This document shows, piece by piece, positions 54,487 to 64,000 of a DNA stretch of 64,000 nt. The notes below the pieces were generated by a model that did not search any database, was not told the origin of the DNA, and saw only the letters and a program-made list of their open reading frames with translations. This DNA is from Raillietiella orientalis. Taxonomy: Eukaryota. Location: positions 1,984,001-2,048,000 of the forward strand of contig JAYWIR010000029.1 of assembly GCA_036172245.1 (NCBI GenBank), in the 5' to 3' direction. Each line of letters opens with the position of its first letter. Position 1 is the stretch's first letter. Position numbers and translations under genes: made by a program.

Positions 54487-57328
54487 TCACAGAGGAAAGA
54501 AAACCCTGCTGTTGGAAGTCCCCGGGAATGGGAGGTGGTCGCTGGGCTCGGCGAGGAGGGAAGAGCCAGTGGGAAACTTGACCATGCCGCGGGCAGGCTG
54601 ACGGTCTTCGTCCGGGTACCTCCAGCCGGGAGCCGGGAGGAAGACGTCCGCGTCCACCCTGTGCAGAAGGTGATTGGAAGACGGGAAGTGGACGAACTCG
54701 CCGCTGGGGAATTCCTCCGGGGGGTCTTCCTGCAGCTCCGGGAAGGACGCCCCGGGGAAGCGGATGTTCCTCGAGGGGTCTGTGCCCCAGGGCAGGGTCG
54801 GTGCCGAGGTCCTCTTGCCCCAGGGTCGCATTCCGGGTCGGAAAATCCCGCTTCCTCTTTCCTCCTCTTCCTCCTGGAACCGAGAGGGCGGTTCCTCGTC
54901 CGGGACGTACTCCTTGATCCAGCTGAGGTATTCCGACATCCGGACGAAGACCCCTGGGTGCGCACGGGGCCTCTAGGGCTGTCGATCCTCCCTCGTAACT
55001 TACCGGGGTATCCCGGTTCGGCGCAACCGACGCCCCAGCTCGTGATGCCCACCTGGACCCAGGTGCCATTGGCGCTCCGGCACTGCAGCGGGCCGCCGCT
55101 GTCACCCTGGGAGAGATGGGTGGGGAGGAGGGAAGGGGTGAGGTGGGAGAGAAAGGGGGGGGGTGCGCTCACGATGCAAGGTCCTCCCTCGCCGTTCAGG
55201 AAGCCGGCGCACAGCATCCCTGCCGTGACGGCGTTGACCGCGGTGTATGCGTCTGCGCAGAGACGCTGCGGCAGGACGGGCACGCGCAGCTGCTGGAGGG
55301 CGTTGCTGTTGCCTTTCCCTTCCGGGATAGGGGGGAAAACGCGCGTCAGTCCGCCACCACCCACCCGCCCGCATCCACTCACCCCGATGCACCCTGCCCC
55401 AGCCAGTGAGCACGCAGGGAAGTGTCGAGGAAGGGTCCCCTCCGTCAGCCGGGAGCGGCTGGGGCGCCAGACAGAGGGTGCCGGCATCCGCCGCCTTCGC
55501 CAGTTTCACCAGGGCGATGTCATTCCGCCATGTCTTGGGATCAAAGTCCTGCGAGTCCCGCAGTCGTGAGCGAGCGCTTCTCCCCCCCCCCCCCTTGTCC
55601 CTGAGGCTCTACCTGGTGGACAATGATCCGGTCGACCGCGAGCGTCCGGCTCTCCTCAAGGGGGACGTCCAGGAAGACGTGACCCACCCGCACGTACCAC
55701 TGTTCTGGAACGATCAATCCATTCCGATCAAACCTGCGGCGAAGCACGGAGGGAGAGGAGAAATGAGAGGGGGAAGAAGAACAGGAGGGAGAGGTCGATC
55801 TGCACCCGCGCTCGCCGAGTGCGCAGGTCATCGCGGCAGCCCTCAGGCACGGGAGAACGGCGGGATCCAGCGAGGCAGGCGAATTGCGGCACCATAGGGG
55901 CTCTGGGAGCTAGCGGTTGAGGGCGACGCAACGGGAGGGCCGCCTTGGCCTCTCCCCCGCCTCTCCGGTGCCCTCAGGTATCTTCGCAGTGCTCCGGGCC
56001 AAGAGGCAAGCACGACAGCATTAGGGAGTGGACGGAGGCGGCGCATCTGCATTTCTCCAGTGACCATCGCCACCATGGTGAGGTGGAGGAGGAGGAGGAA
56101 AAAAGATGGAAGAAAAATAGGAACGATGGAGGAAGAGGAAGAGGCGGGATGGAGGAAGAACGGGTGTTGCAGCAGCAGCAACGGTTGTCCCACCAGCGTG
56201 CAGACCAGAGGCCAGCCCTCGCCTCACCTCCACCACCTAGAGCAGTTCGCTTCTGGGAGCACTGGACTGGGGGCGCGTTGCGTGGCGAGGCATCCTCATC
56301 TCTTCCTGCAGGGAGGAGCTCCGGCTCCGCCTGGGACCTTAGCCGCCGTCTCGTTCCGCGAGCGTTCCCTTTCCCCCCGCAGAAGGGGGAGGACGGGGAT
56401 CATGGAAGGGGGAATGAACGGGATGGAGTTCCCAGCGTTGCCGGAGGGCGGGAGCGAGCTGCCGGGTTTCGTCCCGCCCTCTTCCTGCTTGCGACGTTCC
56501 TCCCCCTCTTCCCCCCGTCCCGAGGACTTACCCTACGAGGCAATGGGCCGCCGTCAGGACCCATGACGGGTGGATCAGGGAGCCTCCGCAGTGATGCAGC
56601 GGAAACTTGCCGAGCGACGACCTCTGGTGGATGGACGCCTGCCAGGGCCACTCTCCCGGCAGGCTTGCTTCTCCCCCGACGAGGCGGCCGTTCCCTCTCC
56701 TGCCAGGATCCGCATCTTTCTGTCCGCATCCTTCCGGCAAAGCATCGCCGTCAGTTGTCGCGCGCGTCCTCACGTGAGAGTGGGGGGCATCCGCCGGTAT
56801 GAGAGCAAGGGGAATGGAGGGAGGAGGTGCTCCTCCTTTGCTACAGGCTCGGGAGGAGAGCTGGAGCCGACATATCTTGGGACACCGTCCTCCCGGGGGC
56901 ACTCGGCGAACCGGAGCGAGTGGGCGGGAGGAGGCGGACCTTCCTCTCATCTCGGAAAGGGGGAAAGTGAAGGGGTGAGGACGCGTCCCTCCTCTCCGCC
57001 CCTTGCTGTCTTCGAGCGCGGTGCCACCCGGGGAAGGGTCTTGAGAGAGAACGCCTCCTGCTCTCCACTCCGCTTCGTCGCAGAGCGCTCGCGGGGCGCG
57101 CATGCGCGGGCGGCGCGGTCCGCTGAGCCGCTCGGAAGCTCTGCCGCCGGTCCGCGGGCTGCCGGCGGGTTCGCGGAGCCTGGGCGCCTCCTTCTGGCTC
57201 TGATCCACACCTCCGGAACGGGGTGCGGGACGAGGGCGACCGGAAAGTCACTCACGTTTTCCTGAGGCAGGGGTGCTGTCCGCGGGGCAGCAGACCAGGA
57301 GGAGCAGCACGACCAGGAGCTCTTCCAT
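54487..57328 (-). CDS. Secreted S1A (chymotrypsin-fold) serine protease with long N-terminal pro-region and ~140-aa C-terminal extension; non-acidic S1 pocket
   Basis: Exons 57328-57256 (signal peptide [18 protein letters not shown]), 57210-56532 (may hide extra in-frame introns; its acceptor is a weak GAG), 55733-55613, 55548-55383, 55318-55173, 55106-55004, 54953-54487. Activation site CG...GR|LVGG; motifs WPWQAS, HCGGSLI, TAAHC (His), NDIAL (Asp), GWG, CIGDSGGPL (Ser), [21 protein letters not shown] on minus at 54440-54445. Confidence 0.93.
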
Positions 57329-59597
57329 CTTGCAGCTTTGGGCTATACGCGTCTCACGGGGCTTCTGCTGCTGCTGTGGGTTGCTCGCGGGAAGCCGCCG
57401 TGGCGGACGAGACGTCGGGAACGGCGGGCTTTCTCTGGGTGTTCCCGCGAGGAGGCGAAGTGGTACAAAGAAAGGCGCGCTCGCTCTCTTCCCTTCCTCC
57501 CCCCCCCCAAACCGGGTCACCGGAGCAACGGATGGCGAGAACGGGCATCCGCCTTCCGCGCTGCACCTCTCGGATTCTCCGGCCGCGTCGGCGCACCTTT
57601 GACTCGGGCGCATCCGGGAAGCAGTGCGCGCGCGCGCTCTCCGTTCGCGGATGCCGCGTGCTCCCCCGTCCCGGAGGCGCCTTTCAGGCCGGATATCCGG
57701 CAACTGGAAAGTATCGGGAAGGGTTGCCTGGTTGCGCGCGCTCTGCACCGCCTAGAGCCGTGGACGTTCGGATGCAGCACGCGCGTCCCGGTGCGGAGTC
57801 GGGACGAGGACCAGAGCGTCACCCTCCAGGAAACCGGGAACTGCGACGAGATCCTAGTGTAACGGGAATTGTAGCATGGTGGAGGCAGGGCTGCGGCGAG
57901 GAGTAGAGAAGGAGGAGGAGGAAGAGGGAAGTTGTCAGCAGGTCATCAGGGTCGCCCTCCTGTTTCCGAGGGCCGGTGAGATCCAGGCGGGATGTAGTCG
58001 CGGGCGGGAGCGGGATGGATCCACTCGCCGTTGACGTCGCCACGCGAACGCGCCAAAGGAAGTCCCGGTGAGGGTGAGAGAACTTCGGCACGGAGAAGAT
58101 CAGGGAGTCGGAGGATGCGTAAAGAGCCACAAGGGAAGGGAGGGTCGAAAATTTCCTGCTCAATGTCGGATGGGGAGGGAAGGAAGAACGGTGGCTCTTC
58201 GAATCCCCCACCTCCTCCCCGGCTCCTTCCAGCCAGTGTGCTTTGCCTTAGCAGCGGACCCAGACGGTTGCTGAAAGATGACTCACCAGAGCGCGCGCTC
58301 CCCCCTGCTCGTGGCCCGCGTTGTGCCGAACCGACGACGGCAGCAGAGTGCTGCACGCCATCAGCGCTCCCGGCACTCGAACGAGATCGGCATCCTGTCC
58401 CCGTTGTACCCTCCGCTCCTTGGGGACGTCTTTCGGACGCAGCCACTTTCCTAAACCACTTCGAGACGCCATCGCCGTTTCGCGTGGGCTATCGCGTTCG
58501 CCTTGGGTGTGACCTGACCAGTGGCAAGGGGACGGCGGGAGACGGAAGTGGCGGACGCGCGATCTTCTGAAAGCGAGCACACAGAGAAGCGCGACTCTGG
58601 TGGTGGTCTCCCGAACCATCCAGCGGAAGGTGCTCTGTTCGTACCGACCGGTCCTGGAAGTTTTGTCGTGGGCCCGTGCACGAAGCCGAGGGGCGACGAC
58701 GGAAAAGCTGCGCGAATCGCAGCTCGGAGCTATTCGTCCAATCCAGTTGTGCACCGTGTGCACAGTTTGAGTGGTCTCTACCGAATGCCTCAGAACAGGT
58801 CAAGGTTTCACCTGGCACTTCTCTCCCGTCCCTCAGTCAAGCTCCCCCAGTAGTCTTCACTGCCAAAGTCTGGAAGGGATTCTAGCCTGGAATTTAACGT
58901 CTAAGAGTTTCGAGACAACTAGCCCTCCCCCCGCCCCATTCCTGAATTTGCTTTCCTAAAGCATGCTTCCTCTGGTTCTGTGTACCGTTCGGACCAGCTT
59001 TTGTGAGGAAGTGGGAAAAAAAATCCTTGCGCCTCACCATCTTTGTGGTCAGCCGCCTATCAGGGCATTTCTCTTTCGCGTGCATCACTTCATCGGATGA
59101 TCTGTGCCTGAATCCATGTGATTTTTGGATCAAAGTGGTTTCCAAACCAGGCTTAGCTCAAAAAGAAAGTCTTACGCAATTTTACCTCGCCAAGTGACTG
59201 ACTGCCATCTGTTGGCCATTAAGCAAAAGATTTGAGAAGTTCTTGATCCTGATGATAGATTTCGTTCTTACTGAGCCAAAAGCTTGCTTTTATCTGAACC
59301 CAAATAAAAAAAACAATTGCTGGGAGAAAGGGGCGACTCTCTTCTTAGGTGTCACAAACTTCGGACGCACGAATTTTCTTCGAGGACTTCCGCGTGGAAT
59401 TCTTGAAGATTTCCTACTTGCCTATTTGTTGATTGCCAGCAAGCCTGCAAGACCGAAATTCAGGTCACCACAAGGTTTCATTTTGTGAAGTCAGTGGTGA
59501 ATTAGCCCAGCGGAGGCTCCTGGATACCATCAGGCCGAATATGGCACGGACCGGACTGTAGATAGAAAAAAGGTTTTTGCATCACAACACACCAGGA

Positions 59598-60422
59598 ATG
59601 GTAACCAAGCTGCGTTATCAAGATTCCTTCAGCATGGCGACTGAAGCTTTCTATTTTTGTAGTGTAGTCTGTTTCGACCTCCTATCGATCGAGGCCCTTA
59701 CCCTCTCGAGTTCGCATTCTGAGATTAAAGAGACCCTTTTAGGGATAAACTGCATCTTTCGGAAAGCAGCCGAAGATGGCGAAGAAAGCATGGGTGAGAG
59801 AGAACACGAAGACGTTGCAAATGTAAAATATCGAGGGCGCCTGTTCAGACTAACCCGCAGTCTAGTGGTCCACCATTCAGGTGGGAACTCCGGTCTTCGA
59901 AAAGGAGGCTTCCGTTCCGTTCCGCTTCTGTTTCGAGGAGACATTGAATCAGTTTTATGGAACTCTTTGAAAAACAGCCGTGCCTGCTCTCCGGCAAGCC
60001 AAACAAGCATCTCGACGGATAAGACCCGATGCTTCCCGTCTGCGCATGACGAAAAACGGAGGACGAGTAGAGGGACGGTTGAGAAGATTTCCCATCGCAT
60101 CTCAGAGCGACGTGTCGGTGGGGATGGATCCATTCCCAAGTCGCGGGAAAACGATTTCTGGAGCTCCCCCATCTCCTTCCGTTGTCCTTCTTATCAAATG
60201 ATCACGAGGGTACGTGAACGAGTAAAGAATCGTGGAAACGAGGAACAGGAATCAGCTACAGCTTTAATTGATTTGCACTTCTTTAGCTTGAAATCAAACG
60301 GAAAAGGAGGAGCTGATGTTTCGCCAAAGGGCTGTCGTCGTCGAACAGGCAAAATCAAAGATGGATGCGAGGCGCCTGCTTGGTTGCTATCGAGTGAGCT
60401 ACGGAAGGTCTTTAAATCCTAG
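59598..60422 (+). CDS. Uncharacterised long ORF (~274 aa from the first ATG)
   Basis: Stop-free for >820 nt in moderate-GC sequence where chance ORFs are shorter; no recognisable domain. Confidence 0.3.
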   Translation: MVTKLRYQDSFSMATEAFYFCSVVCFDLLSIEALTLSSSHSEIKETLLGINCIFRKAAEDGEESMGEREHEDVANVKYRGRLFRLTRSLVVHHSGGNSGLRKGGFRSVPLLFRGDIESVLWNSLKNSRACSPASQTSISTDKTRCFPSAHDEKRRTSRGTVEKISHRISERRVGGDGSIPKSRENDFWSSPISFRCPSYQMITRVRERVKNRGNEEQESATALIDLHFFSLKSNGKGGADVSPKGCRRRTGKIKDGCEAPAWLLSSELRKVFKS

Positions 60423-62628
60423 CAATGGGCATCCAAACACTGAAGGAACTATCGGAACTTGAGTATCCCAGTGCCCCCCTCTGGTAATGCACGTCCTCAA
60501 GGCACTCGCAAGTTTGTGGTCTGTGCAGCATTACCAGGAAACGGGTGGGCAAGTCGCGGAACATCGCGCCGGGAAGGCGCGGGAGTTCATGGCAGCGGAC
60601 ACTTCACTTGAGAGATCCAGCAGTGCGTCGTACTGCCTGCTCTACGAGAAGAGCTCTTGTTCTGTGAGTGGGTGTGTGGTTTCGCTGCCGGCATGGGAAG
60701 AGAAGGAGTGGTCACGGTTGGGCAGGCGAAACAGCTGCAATCCTCAACATTGTCCCTCATTGGGGAAGGAAATATGGGATGCAGTAGAGGGCAAGCTTTC
60801 AAATAGCTGAAATGCTGCACCTGGACGGATGTCACATCTCTCCACCGCGCTCACCCCATTTCGACTGCTACTAGGACTAGGGACTGACCGCTTCTTCCTC
60901 ATGCTCCAACTTTTTCCTTTGTAATGCTAATGAAGGTTGTCCTGGAAAGCGACTTTTTCAGTGCAGTGCCAACAGACGGAAGAAATCTCATCTCCATCCT
61001 TCGCTCCGGTAAAAGAAATGCCCCGATATATCAAGGGGACTGCTGACCTAGACGGTCGTTGAGGGGCAAGATCCAGCCCTTCCCATCTCTAAGGAGTGTT
61101 GCGGGCCGGAGAATATCTGATGGAAGAGTGCGGCCATCTCTATGGATGCAGCAGCCGAACACCACCTGACTCTGGAGCTGGCGCGGGTCTGAGGCGGCAA
61201 CGTAAATGTTGCCCTGGGCCGGAACGATCCTAACAAGAAGACGAACCGTTCTCTCCTTAGAAGAGCTCACCTTCCTGAGTCCTTGCGCTTTCTTGGAATC
61301 CAGTTTCTAATTCATCGGGCGGGTTCATCTCCAGCATCAGCTTCCCAGAAGCTCAGGGAATGAGTTGATCTCACTTGGCAGTTGCCTTTCACAGCCACTA
61401 CTATGATTTTCCCTTCCCGAGTGCAAACGCAAGGAAACGGAAACACAGGCGGGGAAATGAGCGAGGGATTCTGCTGCAGTCCTTGCACAGAGAGAAAAAC
61501 CTGGCCCCATAGTAGGATCAACTACAAGGATTATTTCAAGGACTCGAAATGGTAGGATTCTGTTGAATGCAGATTCCTAGCCGATCGGCGCATGAGTGAG
61601 CTCCTTGCTGTTGTGGCAACAGGGCAAGATAAGCGATCCACGAGCTCTTGCAGTGAACAAGTGATCTCTCGCTGCGAAGGTTATGGGGTCACACGAACCT
61701 TCCTGCAGAACTTTTGCCGCAACCTGCGGTGGTTCTTCGCTCCGGCCGAGATGTTCTTCCCTCTCAGATGCAAGGCGCGTGGGTGGAGGTCCCGGTTGCT
61801 GCTGCTGGGTTTTGAGACATGCCCGCAAAAGGAAGAGGACAAGGGAACGAGCGACGTGTCGGGTCAACAATGGAAGTCTTCCGGAATCCCTCTTGTCGTC
61901 GCTCTGAACGCACGCGGAGGACCGAGTAACCGGAAGTCTTTCTGGGCCTCGATTGCTTCCGGGAGCCGATGTTCCGGGAAACGGAGATCCGCTTCTTGGT
62001 CTCAACTAAAGCGTCCTAAGGTGTTACGGCGAGAGAAACGAGTTCTCCCCTCCTCCTTCACCAGCAGGGATCGAGCCAGTGAGGGTGAAGACTGCCTTTC
62101 CCAGTTGATTCATTGGGAGCGGGTTCAAGGGCGCGGCATCCGACCCGAGGATAGCAGCTTCCTTCACAGCCTTGAAAGCGATTCTTCTGGAAGGGGCGCC
62201 GTGAAGCGGTGCGTTCACTTCCCACCCTTCCACCCCCTTCCCTTCGGATGACAACCGCCACTCGATCTCTGCGAGCCTCCTGGGATGCGGTGTTTGGAGA
62301 AAGCAGGAGGTTGCGGGAGAAATAGGGAAGAAGGAGGAATCCTACAGGTGCTCGTCGGTGCTGCACTGACGAGGTGCTGTCAATGAGCGGCTCTGGTTGG
62401 GCTGACGCCATGACGGCTACCCTAGGAGCCGCTCGTCGTTGAGAAAGCAGGTTTTTTTCGTGGTGACCCACAGGAGGGACCTCCCCACAAAGTCAACACA
62501 AGTGCAACTGTTTACCCCTCTGGGATGACCAGAAAGTTCGAGAATCGCGGTTCCTCTGGTCATCCCGGGCTCTGGGGGTTTATTGCTTCAAGTGACCTTC
62601 GCTCTCCCGTCTTTCGACCCTTGCGTGG

Positions 62629-63709
62629 TCAGCCTTTGCTCATCGTACCTTCGATCCAGTTGACAAATCTGGATATGTTGGAGTACACTCCAGGCAGGTT
62701 GCTTCTTGCGCACCCGATGCCCCAGCTGACCACCCCTATGAGGTAGAACTTGTTGTCCTTCTCCATCGTCAGCGGGCTGCCGCTATCTCCCTGTGGGAAT
62801 TCCCTCTGGCCACGCAACCAGCCGCGGAAACTGACCTGGCAGGAATCTTTGCCGCCGTTCCTGTACCCGGCACACAAGAAGACGTTGTGTATGATTTCCC
62901 GGCGCCCGGCGTCCTTGTACCACTGCTGACACTCCTCGTTCTTGATGATCTTCACACTTGCCTCCTGCAGGATGCCCGGGGTGGCGCTGTTCCCTGGAAT
63001 GGAAGAACGCGATCATGGGCATCATTCCCGGAGAAGGGAAGGACATCCTCCCACCGTGGTCCGTCCTGCCCCATCCTATGACTTGAGCGGTCTTCCCCAC
63101 GAAACTCTCGCCCTGCTTCGGCAAACACGCGGGGATGATGTGCTCCCTGAAGACGACGTCACTGTCCAGTTTCAGCAGGGCAAGGTCGTTCCGGAAGTCC
63201 GAGGGGTCGTAGCGGGGGTGAACCTGGAGGTAATGGACCGGCAGGCAGTTGAACGGAAACGACCAGCAGCCCCATTCCCTCGCGAAGAGCCCAACGAACC
63301 TCTTTCTTCTGCACGGCGTACTCCTGGTAGGGAAACTTCTCAGAGGCCGAGCGGATGTTCCACTCCCCGAGGCGGACCTTCAGGTTGTTCACGTTCATCC
63401 TGGAAGAAGGACAAGAGGATGACGGCGTCCCATCCGAGGGAGCCGCCAGCCCGGGAAGGAGGTGGAAATGGAGAACGAAGGAGGAAGCCGGGAAAGGGAT
63501 CCGTCTAGCGGACCGAGAAGACGAGCATCTCTACGACAGGAGCATCCCCCCTCTTCCCCCCTTCCCCTTGAGAGAGTGGAAAGGACGGCGGCGGTGATGG
63601 CAACTTACTTTTGGACGCAGTGTCCTGCCGTCACCACCCATCTCGGAGCGAGGAGGGTGCCTCCGCAGGAGATCCGCTTGGTCACGAAACCTTCCTTTAT
63701 TATGGCGGC
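62629..63709 (-). CDS. Trypsin-like serine protease of the Stubble-related arthropod group (resembles Drosophila CG8172-type); 5'-partial
   Basis: Exons 63709-63609, 63399-63300, 63223-63055, 62993-62836, 62790-62629 (690 nt, in frame): [99 protein letters not shown]. Asp189 indicates trypsin specificity. I found no IVGG exon in the window. AATAAA on minus at 62579-62584. Confidence 0.95.
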
Positions 63710-64000
63710 CTGAAACACAGGGAGCGCCGGATGCAGAAAGAGCCGTGACCTCGTCTCTCTCCGAGGTCATCTCAGAGTGGGGGGCAGAGCGATCGGGGAC
63801 GAGTTGCTGCGCAGGGGCGCAGGTCAAAGAGGGAAGTCCCGAGAGAAGGCTCCGCTCCCTCCCGGAGAAGGGCGTGGACTTCCTCAGGAAGAGCTGGTGC
63901 CACGTTGGGGGAGAACTGGGGATCGGACCGAGACAGGAATCCGGTTCCCCCTTCAAGGGAGAGTCCCGAAAGACTCCTCCTCAGGAGGAGGAGGATAAGT

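Noticed and set aside
54535..55569. 344-aa plus-strand ORF
   Set aside because: Antisense shadow of the serine protease exons.

Overview
Eukaryotic genomic DNA from an animal, most likely an arthropod (inferred from gene content); it is not prokaryotic. By eye there are three compositional domains: GC/CpG-rich ~1-8 kb, AT-rich ~8.5-33 kb (strongly CpG-poor at ~19-23 kb), and GC/CpG-rich ~33-64 kb. Five spliced genes could be rebuilt by hand with phase-consistent GT-AG introns. The AT-rich domain holds SPOP/roadkill (minus, 374 aa) and the splicing factor SF3A1 (plus, 791 aa), arranged divergently. The GC-rich domain holds a synphilin-1-like ankyrin/coiled-coil gene (plus) and two S1A serine proteases (minus; the second is 5'-truncated by the window edge). 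Most introns are very short (43-87 nt). Less obvious features: (i) a frameshifted non-LTR retrotransposon relic at 49.56-50.36 kb; (ii) directly beside it, an inverted, diverged copy of an intron/exon junction of the neighbouring protease, best conserved exactly across the 3' splice site; (iii) several stop-free 3n mini-introns, including one just before the catalytic Ser motif in both proteases; (iv) several candidate orphan exons and ORFs. Most ORFs in the supplied track are GC-rich chance or shadow frames. I found no rRNA, tRNA or CRISPR array.
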